64,000 bases of DNA from Lama guanicoe. Its lineage: Eukaryota. Below are positions 12,763 to 25,052 of this stretch, piece by piece. Both the position numbers and the translations under genes were made by a program. The DNA lies in the NCBI GenBank assembly GCA_013239625.1, contig MU054001.1:6125078-6189077 (forward strand), written 5' to 3'. The notes under the pieces were generated by a model. It had not been told where the DNA came from and did no database searches. It saw nothing but the letters and a program-made list of their open reading frames with translations. Every line of letters begins with the position of its first letter. Position 1 is the stretch's first letter.

Positions 12763-13337
12763 ACAGTGGTAACGATGCCACTGCCTGGTATCAGTAAAGC
12801 ATTCGTTCCTTCCTGCCAAAGGCCCCTCCTCCTGTCCTCTCACAAGGCCTTCATCGTATTCCAGGGAAGAGCCCATTTTCTGAGAGACGTTCCTGCATAG
12901 AGTTGTCCCACCTGAGACGCAGAATTCAAGGTGAAGGACTTTGCTGCTACAAAGTTCTGCTGGCTTCAGTTGTCTTTCCACTGATAGTTTGGTGCCCTTA
13001 CCACCTCCTGCAGGTGAGCCCACCTCAGGTGTGGCCGCCTTAGATCAGGGGCTTCTGGAAGGATGACTTTTCTCCCCTCTTTTCCACCCACCATACAGAG
13101 ATGACACCCACTCAGGGGCGAGTGGCAACCATCAGTTGGTACCTCTCTAATAGCTCTTACCCTGGGAACACTCTGCTGTCACAGCCTTTCAACAGCTTTT
13201 TAAAAAAGAAAGGATTAACAGTTGCCATGTGAACAATAAAATGACAGTGTTAAGAAAAATGATTCTCCAAGTACCCACAAACCACCTTGCAGTTCTTCTA
13301 CAGAGACCATGGTCAGGGGATGAGGGCCAGATGTGCG

Positions 13338-13460
13338 CTCATTCAAAAGGTAACGGTGGTGCCCACTGCGCGCCTGCATGCTCTCGGTGCCAGGGGAGCC
13401 AGACGGGCGAGCGCGCCTCTCTCGTGGCAGCTGCAGCCTGTTCAGGGAAACCCACACCCA
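13338..13460 (-). mobile_element. L2 3' end, GC/CpG-enriched
   Basis: ctcattcaaa...gtgcccactgcgcgcc...ctcgtggcagctgcagcctg follows the antisense L2 tail layout. Confidence 0.45.
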
Positions 13461-14419
13461 GATGGGAGGCATTGAGAAAGCAGCTCCAGGTGGGCACTAA
13501 CTAGCCATGGGGCCTCCTTGGCCAGAGGAGAGTCACACTCCCTGTCCTGCCCACCCTACTCATTTGTGTCAAGGTCAGATGAGGCCACGGGTGTGGAAGG
13601 GGTTGGGAAACCGAGGGGCTTCCCCCTTCCCCACATCTAAACTCTGTGTCTTCCTATCTGTCCCCCCAGCTGAGGGACATTCCCGACCACGAGCACCCCG
13701 GTAAAGGAAGAGTTCGGAGTTACGTCTGCATTCAAGGCAGGGCACACACTGTGAATTTCTCAGAACATTCCCAGATTTTCCAAGGTTACCCAAGAACCCT
13801 GCTGAACTGACGGGGAAGCTCTGAATCAGGCCGCTTTTTTAGCAACTTCCCTGATTAGGGGTTACGGCGATCCGTCCATTTAGGTGTTCTGCAAAGAGAT
13901 TATCCTGTTCCAGGGGATCAGACTCTTTCAAAAGAGCTAAGAAAATAAACACACTTTCCCTGTATTAAAGCCTCTGCCTTCTTTGAACTTCTCATTTTTA
14001 GAATATCTCCACTGATAAGGACAAATGCAATTTTCACCATCAGTGGATCTGAACAGACAATTACATTAAGGCAAATAAGACAGGGTGAAGCAAGTGATGG
14101 AAATCACCCTGTGTGTATCTCATGTGCAAACAAAACCCTCAGATGAAAATGAACTTTCCAAAAGCAGTCAACAATCATTACCTTTTTTTTCTTTCTGCAT
14201 CTAATCAGGACACAATTTGCATAAACATTACCTCCTACCTCCACAAAAATCACCTGCTGGCATTTGGAGGTCTGGAGAGAGGGGAGAATCAGCCAATTTT
14301 CAAAACATCCCCCTTCCCCACCAGAGATGAAACTGCTCAACCCCTTGGGAAGGGCTTCCAAGTGCCTAACGAAAAGAGCCCTCGCTGTCACAGCATTTTC
14401 AGGTTGACAAGGCTCCTTC

Positions 14420-14550
14420 CCCATTTGGCCCTCACCACAACCCCGTGCCAATTTGCCAAGAGCAGTTGTTTCTCTATAAGGGAGGTCAATCCGAGCTTCC
14501 AAGTGGTCTTGCAGTGAGTGGCAGGACTGGAACTGGGGTCTTACTCCCCG
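14420..14550 (-). mobile_element. MIR fragment
   Basis: catttggccctcaccacaaccccgtg...gtgagtggcaggactggaactgggg. Confidence 0.5.
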
Positions 14551-15526
14551 TTGGACCGGGCTAGGTTTGCCTCTGAAGACTTTGCCCAGGCGATGAGTTT
14601 CAGCCCAACCAGTAGCTTCTCCAAGGCCTGATGAGCTTTGAGCCCTCCACACAGAGCTGGACAGTGGCTCAGAGCCAAGCAGGACCTTGGGAAGGGGGAG
14701 AATAAATTGCCCTCGGCCCGGCTGAGATGTACATTTTTTGCAAGTGGTGTTTGAGCCACAGCCAAAGGGGGAAGTGAAAGGTCAGGCTCACAGAATGAAC
14801 TCTGCATTAAGCTTTTGTGTGCTGCTGAAAGAGAATGAAATGATATTCAGGAAAGGAGCGTCAGGGAGGCTGTGGGGAGGGTAAGATGCAGCGAGGCCTG
14901 AGTGCGCACGCAGAGAAAGGCAGCAGCCGCTCTTTAAAGCCTCCCCAGTGCTTGGCATCAAAGAGAACAGAGACTCGGCCTGATGTGCCTCTGAAAGGAT
15001 GCTGGCGGCTCCTGGGTGTTATTTGCAAGCTTCTCACCCACAGCAGTCAACGTTTGATGAAGGCCTGGGGTGCTATCCGATGTGGGGGTGCACTGGCGTC
15101 ACTGAGCAGAGTTGGCTCTCCACAGCCCCCCCACCCCGCCCCCAGAGCGTGGCCTGGGACCCACATGCGCCTGTTGTGGGCTGCTGATGGGGCCGGGAGG
15201 ACGGTCACCCTGCTCCCTGGGGAAAGGCAGGCAGGGGACCAAAGGAGGAAGGGACTTGCGGAGAGGTTTCCGGATTGGGTATCTGGGGAGGTTCGGTTTC
15301 CCCAGGGAACAAGGGAGGGTCTGTGAAAGGGTTCAGCCAAAGCAGCCCTGCTTTTTGCTGCTTTATGTATCATTTCAGCTTAAAATATAAAGGGTGGGGT
15401 GGCAAAAGGGCTTCAGTGGTAGAAAAAAAAAAATTCTCTCAAATCACTGCCTAGATCCTTCCTAAGCCCCTTCCTAGGCTGTGAGGTTCAAAGCTTCTCC
15501 CCTTTCCAGCAAAAATAGGTCTAGCC

Positions 15527-15814
15527 CAGTGCTTTCCTGAGGCGGGATAAACGCCTCACCAGGGATTTTACATGGCACTTGGAAAGCATTGTTTAACATT
15601 CATGCATTTATCTTAGAGTGGTGTCTCATGTTTATAGCAACTGATGCTGGTTTTGCATTTATAATAGTGACATGAAATGTCTTTTGAAAGTCCACCTATT
15701 TATGCCTTTACAAAAGGAGTCGCTTTCATTACTGAGGAATTATTAACAGTGCATGTTGGGCACAGAGATCGCAAAATTCATGCAGTCTCATTCCCGGCAG
15801 CTTGGGACTTGCTG
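15527..15814 (+). mobile_element. hAT-Charlie MER113-like short derivative
   Basis: starts cagtgctttcc after gtctagcc (Charlie-type TCTAG target); tttatagcaactgatgctggttttgcatttataatagtgac; ends ttgggacttgctg. Confidence 0.6.
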
Positions 15815-16240
15815 TGCCGACCCAGAGAGTGGAGTCAGCCCCGCACGGCGGGAAGCCAGCGGAGGGCCCGCAGGCTGCCGAGACCTAGCGAAGGGCAGGG
15901 GCAGGCTACAGAGATAAGTCACAATAAGAGAGGACAAAGTCAAAGATCCTGCCCACAAAGGGTGGAGTGGGGGATGGGAAGGGGTAACAGCCTTTTGTGA
16001 GCTCAGGTCCAGCACAAACGCTGCCCTCTAGCCAGGCTGTCCATCGTTGTCCCATAACCCTACTGTTAACTTTCACCCCCATATTTCTGTGTTTTCCTGC
16101 TGGAAATGACCTCTGCTCTCCTCTCTGTCTTTCAGAATTCAGGCTCTACCTCCTCCCCAAAGCCTTCCCTGATACTCCTGCAGCACGAACGCTCTGGTGC
16201 CTCTCTTTGGCATCCTCCATGCACTTACCATATTGCTTCA

Positions 16241-16740
16241 CCCTGCTTTCCCGTAGCAGGAAATGCACCCCAGTGATGAGATGTGAGATAATTTAAGGGT
16301 ACACTGACTCCACCTTAAATAACATTAAATCACAGAGTAAGAAAGTCACTCCCAGCTTGCTGCTGCTTCAGTGTCTCTGGTTAAGTCCAAAGGGAAGTCT
16401 AGGTAGGTGTTCACATGTCCTTAACCACTACGACATTTGCTAATCTTTTTTTTTAAACAACGGAAGAGTTCTAGATGAGAACCCTCATCATGCATTAATA
16501 TCCATCTAGAATTTAATGACAGTATTTTGTTTTATTGTATCTATTTTTAATTAAAGCAAATGATTTTTTGCACTTGAAATCATGATTTTTTTAAATCAAT
16601 GTAGTTAAACGAAAATCTAATCAATTTAAAGAAAATATTCTATGGTAGCACATAAAAATGCATTTACACATAGGGTGCTGTGTGGACATGGCAAACATTG
16701 GGAAGGTGGTATATAAAGGACTGAAGGTTGGAAAACACTG
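16241..16740 (+). mobile_element. hAT-Charlie MER113-like (about 500 bp)
   Basis: aaataacattaaatcacagagtaagaaagt...tagaatttaatgaca...gaaggtggtat...gactgaaggttggaaaacactg terminal repeat. Confidence 0.7.
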
Positions 16741-16932
16741 GTTAAAAACAATTCTTATGGGTTCCATTAATCTATTCAGTTTCACATGACAGAGGTCGAC
16801 CAGGGTGAACAGGAGTCAGAGCCTGGCATGAGCCTCTCCCCGCTTCCTGATCCTACCCCTCACCAGCTAGACTCCGTGGTCCACAGAACATCCCCTTTCC
16901 AGTCCCAACAACACCTGCCTCCTCCTTCTTCT

Positions 16933-17330
16933 GCTAAGGATACTTGGGTGCAGGTAACAGAAATGGGTACTAGCTTAACCAGAAACAACCACCAACAGCA
17001 ACAGATCAAGAAAACAGAAAGAAAACAAAATTACTAAAAGGAAAATGAGCACTCCCAGAACCAAGAGAAGCTTCTTTCTACTTAGGGCAGGTCCTGAGGA
17101 CCAAAAAGAGGAAGCACACGGTTTTCTGGCAGGATGCAGCCATCACTGCCATGAAAGAGTCTTAACGGACCACACAGATGTGTGTCCTGCTGCCGAGATA
17201 CAAAGTCAGCTGGGAGGGTCTGATTGCCGAGCCCAGGTGCTGGGAGCCAGCTGGAGGGAAGAGGAAATGCGTGGCCCTCAGCTTCCGCAGCCTGGGCAGA
17301 GCACTGTCTCCTCCAAGACCACACTCGGTG
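16933..17330 (-). mobile_element. Old MaLR LTR (MLT1J/K/L-like)
   Basis: ggatacttgggtgcaggtaacagaaa...tagcttaacc; gtctgattgccgagcccaggt. Confidence 0.55.
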
Positions 17331-17429
17331 GAGCTTCCCTCCAGCGCGGGAGGACTGGGTAGAAGCAGAGCATCCCAGACACGGCAAATGTTCGCAGACA
17401 CGCATCTCCCTGCCAGTGCCCTGCGTCTC

Positions 17430-17830
17430 ACCCTGCCCCACTTCCCAGCGTTTCTCCCTCTCTCAGCCACCCCCTCTCTTGCACCTATATTCAGTCTCTC
17501 CCTCTCGGCAAGCCCTTTTCCTTTAGCCTATAAGCACGTTGGAATCTCTCCCATCATTCGAAAGCCTCCTTTCCTGATACACGGCTTATAACCCACCACC
17601 TAACCTTCCCCTATGGAGAATCAAAAAGCGTCTTTCACTCACCGCTCACTGCTCATCCCACTGCAGCCTGACATCTGCCTCCCCGACCCCGGCACTTCCC
17701 TGAAACTACTTTCCAAAGTCAGCAATGAGTTTCCAGTCGTTCCGTCCCAAGAGGGCTTTCCCATCTTGATGTCTGGCAGGTATTGTTCAAGCTCCGCTTT
17801 CCCGAAACCCTTCCCCCAGGGCTCTGGGTC
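17430..17830 (+). mobile_element. L2 internal fragment with reverse-transcriptase remnant
   Basis: ORF 17613-17936 has LLIPLQ...LSKVSNEFPV, a decayed match to the L2 RT segment LLNPLQSGFRP...LAKVTNDL. Confidence 0.7.
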
Positions 17831-17844
17831 CCCTCCTCCAATTT

Positions 17845-17990
17845 TTTCATTCACCAACTGTTCACGGGGACCGCCACACACCAGAGCAGGCGCTGCGATC
17901 AGAACTGGGGATGCAGTAGTAGGCAGGGCGGCCTGAGTCCTGCCCTGAAGGCACTGAGGGTCTAGCCAAAGGGCAAGTAAACAGGCCAAT
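17845..17990 (-). mobile_element. L2 3' end
   Basis: ttcattcaccaac...ctggggatgcagtagt...gtcctgccctgaagg...ggtctag. Confidence 0.55.
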
Positions 17991-18019
17991 GCTGCAGCAT
18001 TTCTGTCCACTGAAGGTTA

Positions 18020-18258
18020 GTGCTTTTCTTTTACGTCACAGGTCTCGTGCTTCTTTCAGCTTTGTTCTTGCGCTGTGGCTGGGATCCTTTCCGCTTTATG
18101 TTCCTAATTGGTTATTAACGATATATAGAATCATTAATTAACACGTTCGTGACTTTGGTACTTGGCCGTGTTGCTACTAAACACTTTTGAGAATTCATAG
18201 TTACTTGGCTTATTCTCTTGAATTTTCTGAGTAGGTAGTTAAATCACCTGCAAACTAT
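18020..18258 (-). mobile_element. Old L1M ORF2 (RT region) fragment
   Basis: attctcttgaattttctgagtaggtagttaaatcacctgcaaa is antisense to the L1 FADD region. Confidence 0.6.
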
Positions 18259-19624
18259 TGCACAAAATAAGTGCTCAATAAATGTTCGTCGAATGACAAT
18301 ATATTGAATCTCTGAGCTTATCTTGCAGGAAGCTCAGACAATCTTGCGATTTGGACGTCCCTCAAAAACCTTGCCCTGTAGGAATCGCTCAGCTTTTTCT
18401 GAATACACTCTGAATTTTCTCTACAAAGTTGTGGCCCCTCTGTGATTTATTTCACCACATTACATAAGCTATGCTCTGGTCTTAAATAATGTAGAAGACC
18501 CAGAATGTAAAGAATTCAAACAGCAGTCTCAGAAACATTGGGGCCTCAGTGGCGAATACTCTGAGATTTCTGAAAGACCTTCGACATCAGATCTAATCTG
18601 GGAGAAACCCTCTCCTTCCACATTGCAAAGGGACCTTGTGGGGACATGCCCACCTCCTCACGAAACGCCCAGTCTGACTCTCCGACTCTATCTGCCCTTC
18701 ACACAGACTCTTCCCACAGAGAAGAAGCAAGAAAAGAAATGCTGGAACGTGCCCTCGTGGCAACACCAATCCAGGAGGACCTGAAAAATTTGAGAAATGC
18801 AAACTGTCCTCCCAGAAATGAATTTGCTTTTTCTATATTTGATTTAAGCAATCCAAACTTTAAAAAAAAAATAATCAGTGAGGGCTAGGGAAGAGAAAGG
18901 AGGCAGGGAAACGAGCCCTTTGAAAATTCCTCTAGAGAGCCAGCTACAGCCTATTAATATTAACACGCGGTACCTCTACCCTCGGATGCTTTTGGAGCTT
19001 CATGCGCTGGCTCTCGGGAACCCCGCTGCGCTTGGTTCTTTTTGAATGTTAGGAATAAAACCCACGGCCTCTGAGTTAGGCAGCAAGATGTCCGTTTTCC
19101 TTTGTGCACACGCTTTCATAGGAAACCGCCTTGGGCATAGAAAAGAAGAAGGAAAATGATGAGAATTCTTAACCACAGGCTGTTCCTTGGTAAGGAAAAT
19201 CCTTGTTTCAGAGTCTTACAAGGTGAAGGATGAATGGGAGACAATGAAATGAAGCTCAGCTTCATCTTGGAAAATTGTTTCTTTCTGAGGTCGACTCCAT
19301 TATTGATACAGCTTGGTGACTTGAAACCATCTGTACCCAAAGTTCCAAAGTGCAGCGAAAGCAGCAGGGAGCCCCAGGCTCCAGACTGAAAATGATGAGG
19401 GGTAGAGAAGACTTTTAAAAATTAGAAGAAAGAAGATAAGTATCTCGGCCATTCCCTTAGATACATAAGGTTTTTTACTAGAAATTCAGACTTGACCTTG
19501 AACACAGAGATTCTCCCCACTCGGCATCCAGGATGGGATGTGAGCACATCACATTCGGCCACTGGGCTCCGCCCTGAGTTCTCCGAACGAGCCTGCTTAT
19601 TTGCACAGCTCTATCTGCCATGCT

Positions 19625-19883
19625 CTCCCCGTCCCTCTTAACCTGCTAACTCCTACCAATCCTTAAGGTCAGCTGAGACATCACTTCCTCCAAAATTCTC
19701 CCTTCATCGTCCAGACGCTATGATTTCCTCCACTGTAGTCCCCATCACACAGGATTATAATTGTCCACTTAGTCGTCTCTTTTCCCCATGGACACCACAT
19801 TACCTGCCACTGAATAGTGCTCAGCTAACACAGGGCCTGGTATGTGCGAAGGAACCCAATAAATATTTGTTGAATGAATGAAC
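19625..19883 (+). mobile_element. L2 3' end
   Basis: ctaactcctaccaatccttaaggtcagctgagacatcacttcctcc; tail caataaatatttgttgaatgaatgaa. Confidence 0.8.
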
Positions 19884-20364
19884 AGGATATAGACCAGCAT
19901 AGCATTTCTGGGGGCGGTAAGTCACCCTCTCGCCCTAGGGCTGCGTTCTATTTGAAATAAAAGCATTTCCAAGGTTAACTCTATTCTTAGAGTCACATTT
20001 AATAGGCTTGCATCCCAAACACTGAATCATTTTAGTTCCAGGAGGAAGACTTTTTTTCTCTCCCTCAGCAAACATTTCCTAAAGAAAAGTAGATGAGGTG
20101 ATTGTTGGAGGAAAACGAAACATTACCATGGAGCTGCAAAGATGTCCAAACACTGCCAAAGATGTCCCACGGGTTTGCCCACTCGGGGAATATCTATAAA
20201 TATTTCCTTCAGTGAGGCTATTAGGAGGAAATTATCTTGAAAACACTGTCTAAACAGAAAGTCACAAATGTTTCCTGATAATTTGTTACCCTTTCTTACT
20301 CTCTTTTCCAACACGACTGGGTGTGAAGGGTGTCTTTCGTTGTAGGACTACATGGGAAATCTTT

Positions 20365-20860
20365 TTTTTTAAATTGAAGTATAGTCAGTTCCAATGTGTC
20401 AATTTCTGGTGTACAGCATAATATTTCAGACATACATGTACATACACATGCAGCCATTATGGAAAACAGTTTGGAGATTCCTCAAAAACCTAAAAATAGA
20501 CTTAGCATATGATCCAGCAATCCCACTCCTGGGAATATATCCGAAGGGAACTCTTATTTGAAAATATACATGCACCCCAATGTTCATGACAGCACTATGT
20601 ACAATAGCCAAGATGGAGAAACAACCTAAATGTCCATTGACAGAGGGCTGGACAAGGAAGTTGGGATATATTTATACAATGGAATACTACTCAGCCATAA
20701 AACAGAATAAAATAATGCCATTTGCAGCAACAGGGATGGATCTGGAGATCATCGTTCTACGTGAAGGAAGCCAGAAAGAGAAAGAAAAATACCATATGCT
20801 AACACTCATATGTAGAATCTAAAAAAAAAAAGAGAGAGAGAGAGACACTAATGAACTCAT
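20365..20860 (-). mobile_element. Young L1, 5'-truncated with inversion (twin priming); 17-bp TSD
   Basis: poly-T plus antisense L1 tail 20365-20448, then sense ORF2 C-terminus (QPKCP...IYTMEYYSAIK) to 20860; ctacatgggaaatcttt at 20348-20364 and 20861-20877. Confidence 0.9.
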
Positions 20861-20959
20861 CTACATGGGAAATCTTTAAGCTTCCTGATCATCTCTCAAG
20901 AAAAGGTAAACAGTTAAGTTTAGGGTTTGGTCAAAAGAGTCTTTAACCCTTAAATCAGG

Positions 20960-21343
20960 CATATTTGCTTGTTAGGGTTGCCGTAACGAAGCACCACAGC
21001 CTGGTGGCTTAAACAGCACAAATGTATTTTCTCACAGTCCTGGGCTGTAGAAGTTTGAGGTCAAGGTGTCGGCAGGATGAGACCTGAGTCTCTCTGAGAT
21101 CTCTCTCCTTGTCTTGGAGATAGCTGTCTTTTCCCCACGTCTTCTCTCTGTGCATATGCGTCCAAATTTCCTCTTCCTATAAGGACATGAGTCATATTGG
21201 AATAGTATGCACCCTAATGAGTTCGTTTTGACTTAATCACCTCTCTGAAGACCCTGTCTTCAAATACAGTCACATTCTGAGCTACTGGGGGTTAGGACTT
21301 CAACATATGAATGAGGGTGGGAGACGGAGTTCGGACAGTAACA
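20960..21343 (-). mobile_element. MaLR solo LTR MLT1A/MLT1A0-like; 5-bp TSD TCAGG
   Basis: ggcttaaacagc...ttttctcacagt...aggtcaaggtgtcggcagg...ggggttaggacttcaacatatgaat; tcagg at 20955-20959 and 21344-21348. Confidence 0.9.
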
Positions 21344-22189
21344 TCAGGATAGAGTTTATTTCCCCAGATATTTGTGAATAGAAATGAAAGACACAGACGC
21401 TACTTTTTCTTAAGGGTGAAAAAGGAAGTGGGACCTGTCCATCCAACCTACGATGATCTCCAGTGGGAAGTCCCAAGGTGGGAAAACAGTGATTTGATTC
21501 TCCTGTGATTTAAATTTCCCCCTCTCCCATCAGAGAAGAACGAAGATAACTATGGACTTTTTTGAGCATCTACTTTGGGTTCCCTTTTCCCTTCCATTTT
21601 CAAAGCACTGGGAGACAGGGAAGAGGTGGAATGTCAGGGATGGGTGCAGAGTGGACCCTTCCAGTCCATTCCCCATGACTGAGATGCCCCTGTTGTTAGT
21701 GGCCCCCTTTCCTCCAGGATTCAGGGTGAGGGGTTGTTTCTCGAAGGGCAAGAAAGCAGAATGAAAAACGACTTTTGTAGGTTGCAAATCGCATCTGCTC
21801 TGACTTTGATTAAACTGGTTGCTGACTGCTTTTAGGAGATAAACAGAGCTTAATAAGGTAGCCTAAACATACCATCACTCTTCACCCAGACATGGAGGTT
21901 TTTCAAGCAGATGGGAAAGCAGGCAATCAGGAACATCACTTACCCTCATTTGACAGTAGTGGGAAGACTTGGAAAGACATATCGGAGATGCCCACACATG
22001 TCCCTGCAGTGAACACTCTGGTTATTCCTTGCGTCCACCTCATTTCCACCTTCTATGTTCAGAACACCCTAATTTTCCTTTAGGGAAAATCCTTGATGTT
22101 CTGTTAGTGAGAAGTTGCCGTAGTTCCTGTCTTTTCCAAAGATTTTTCTTGCAGAATTAACTCGAATTCTGTGACCTATTTATATCTTC

Positions 22190-23102
22190 CACCAGATTTC
22201 TCTCTTAAACTCCACTCATACACCCAACTGCAATTTGACATCTCCACTTAAATGCAAATCCAATTTAACTCCTGATCCTCCCCTAACCTGCTCTAGCCAT
22301 AGTCTTCCTCATCTCGTGGGATGGCCACTCTGTTCTTCCAGTTACTCAGGCTGGAAACCTTGGAGTCACCTCTGACTCCTGCCTTTCTCTTACATTCCAC
22401 GTGCAGCAGGTGAGGACCTCGTGCTGGGTCTCCCTGCCGGGTGTACTCAGAAAGCAGCATCTCCCCTCCTCCTGGCCATCATCCTCTCTTGCAGGATTTA
22501 CTGTGACTGCCTCGTAATTGGGCTCCTTGCTTCTACAGCCAACTCCCCCCACAGCCAGAGTGTATCTTCCAAAATGAAAATCAGAGCAAATCACTTCTGT
22601 TCGGACCCTCCAGGCTCGCCATTTAACTCACAGTAAAATCCAAAGTCCCCGCCGTGGCCAACCAGAGCCCACATGATTCGGGGCCCCTTTTTACCTCTCT
22701 GACTTCCTCCATGGCCACTCTCCCCCTAACTCACTCTGCTCCAGCTCGTGGCCCTGCCAGCTGCCCTGAATCACGCAGGCATGCGTATGCCCCCCACCCC
22801 CTGCCTCCTTCAAGCCTCCCCTCCTCGGCGTGATCACCCTGTTAAAAGTACCACCTCAATACTCTTGACCCCTTTGCCTTGCTCTACTTTCATTTTTTCC
22901 CATATAACCTATCACTTCTCAGACATCCTATAGTTTATGTTTCTTTATTATTTACTGTCTGTCTGCCCACCAGCCCTTCCCCAACAAGAGAGCAACTCTA
23001 TAAGCTTAAGCATCTTTGTTTTTTCTGTGAAGTATCCCAATACCTAAAATAGTGCCTGGCACATATTAGATGCTCAATAAATAGCTTTTCAATAAATAAT
23101 TA
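22190..23102 (+). mobile_element. L2a, about 900 bp 3' portion
   Basis: tgacatctccactt...aaaccttggagtcacc...agtaaaatccaaagtcc...agtgcctggcacatattagatgctcaataaata. Confidence 0.9.
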
Positions 23103-23379
23103 AAAAGCACGTCTCCTTCCAGTGAGTCCCTTTTAGTTCAGTCTAGGCCAAGTCTGTTCCTGTCACTTGCAGGTGAGACAGTCCAGCAGAGAGAGTGCCC
23201 CGCTCTGAGCACCATGCCGGAAAAGGAAAACCTGTTATATTTTTCTGCATTTAAGAAAAAGGATCAAAAACAGAAAGAAATAGAAAAGATACCGGCTTCC
23301 TGCTTGTCTCTGTATCTAATTCAGCTCTCACAGAACAGCTGGTCCTTTCTGCCTCCCATATTGGTAGAAGCCAATGGAA

Positions 23380-23585
23380 AAGTCACTGGATTGGTTCTGG
23401 ATTTGGAGCCAGAAAGCCTCTGAGCACCTTGACTGACCCTGCTGTTTACAGGTGAGGTGACCTTGAGCAGCTCTGGACCTCAGTTTCCTCATGCCTGAAG
23501 CAGAGCTAATAACCCCTGCTCTTCGGGGATGTTGTGAAGTTTGAATGAGACGCTGAGTGCGACTCACCCAGCACAGAGCCTGGGG
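23380..23585 (+). mobile_element. MIR
   Basis: gtgaccttgagc...cctcagtttcctcat...gttgtgaagtttgaatgaga...cagcacagagcctgg. Confidence 0.8.
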
Positions 23586-23634
23586 CAGGAAGGAGGGACG
23601 CCCCCCCCCCTTCCAGTCAGGGCCTCTCAGCGCT

Positions 23635-23860
23635 GCGAGGAAGAGCATGGGCTCTGGGCCAGGCAATACGGCCTCTACCACTCACCGTGATGAACCTGGG
23701 GCACATCACCTGGCCCTTCTGAGCCTCCATGGCCTCACCTTTAAACTGGGATAATAAGTGTAAAGATAATCAGAGGGACGAGCAGAGGGATGACTGGGTT
23801 TGTGCCCATTAAGTATTTAGTGCACTTGCAAAGCACCAAGTAAATATTTGCTGTTGCTAT
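23635..23860 (+). mobile_element. MIR (tandem to previous)
   Basis: aagagcatgggctctgg...ctgagcctcc...cctcacctttaaactgggataataa. Confidence 0.7.
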
Positions 23861-24772
23861 CGCTGGGGCTCCGTAAATGTTCGTCTTTCTCCCCATGATG
23901 AGAGCTTCAGCACCTGTGCCAGACCAGTTATTTCTTTTTCTCCTTTGGTGTCAGTGACGACACATAACTTGCCTCTACAACCTGGCTCCCTGGAATATTT
24001 TGATGTGATAACAAAAATGTGCTTCTTGCGATTTCTCCAGCTACAGTCCTGTGACTCCTGGCCTGGAACTGTCAAAAACAGCCTGAAACAGGCTTTCTGC
24101 CAAGTCCTCTTTGGGAGGGAGGGATTTCCTTTCTTCCTGCCCTGCCCCCACCCCCACCCACCCCCATTCTCCTGCAGGAGAGTGTCAGCCTTGCTCCAGC
24201 GGGCTGCTAAAACAAGGGCTTATTTTAGCTCCCTTCGGCGGAGCCCATGGTGGTGTGCAGAGAACGCCCGAGGGTAGAGACCCGTGAGAATGGTTCAAAC
24301 AGGCAGGTGAGATGCTGCAGCACTACACCGGGGCACTGGAGGCAAGGGTAACAGCTGCCATGCGCTCGTGGCTGACTTGGAGTCATGGCTTATGAAACCC
24401 TCATGTCGATCAGGAATCAGAGCAGCTCAGGACAGACAAGGATGCCTGTCCACCTTGGATCCCATCTTTCAGGGTGACCTGCAAGGCCGGGACAGCAGCT
24501 AGGGCTGCCAAGCCTTGTAGAAGCATCATCAGAGGTCCTCTGTCACTTCTGGTTTTAAATGACTCTTGTAAAACAGAGATCCTCCTGCTTTTAAGGATTT
24601 GGAGTTAGGAATCTCTAAGAACAGTTTCACAAACACACCATATTCACAGCATCTGCCCCCTGCTCTGATCAGGAAGGCCGGGCTGTCATGGGTTAACCCT
24701 TCACATGAAAACATCAGAAACCACTTTGTTCCACCCATAAATAACCGGCTGTACAAATGTAGACCTCTGATT

Positions 24773-24945
24773 TTTTTTATTGAGTTATAGTCAGTTTACG
24801 ATGTTGTGTCAGTTTCCAGTGTAGAGCACAATTTTTCAGTTGTACATGAACGTACATATATACTCATTGTCACATACTTTTTCACCGTGAGCTACCACCA
24901 GATCTTGTCTATATTTCCCTGTGCTATACCGTATAATCTTGTTTA
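24773..24945 (-). mobile_element. Young L1 extreme 3' end (173 bp); 13-bp TSD
   Basis: reverse complement closely matches 53275-53447; tagacctctgatt at 24760-24772 and 24946-24958. Confidence 0.9.
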
Positions 24946-25052
24946 TAGACCTCTGATTGACACAAAAGTCACCTGTCCAAATCCCCACTAACCACATACA
25001 TTTAGAAATAACTCATTGTCTTCCTCAGGTCCCCTTTCTCACTTACAGAGGA

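Noticed and set aside
18646..18888. 80-aa ORF with protein-like composition (REEARKEMLERALV...KKKI)
   Set aside because: No recognisable family, no clear splice or promoter context, and KKK comes from an A run
18935..19015. 10-bp inverted repeat gagagccagc/gctggctctc as a miRNA-like hairpin
   Set aside because: The 61-nt interior does not pair continuously; plausible by chance in 64 kb
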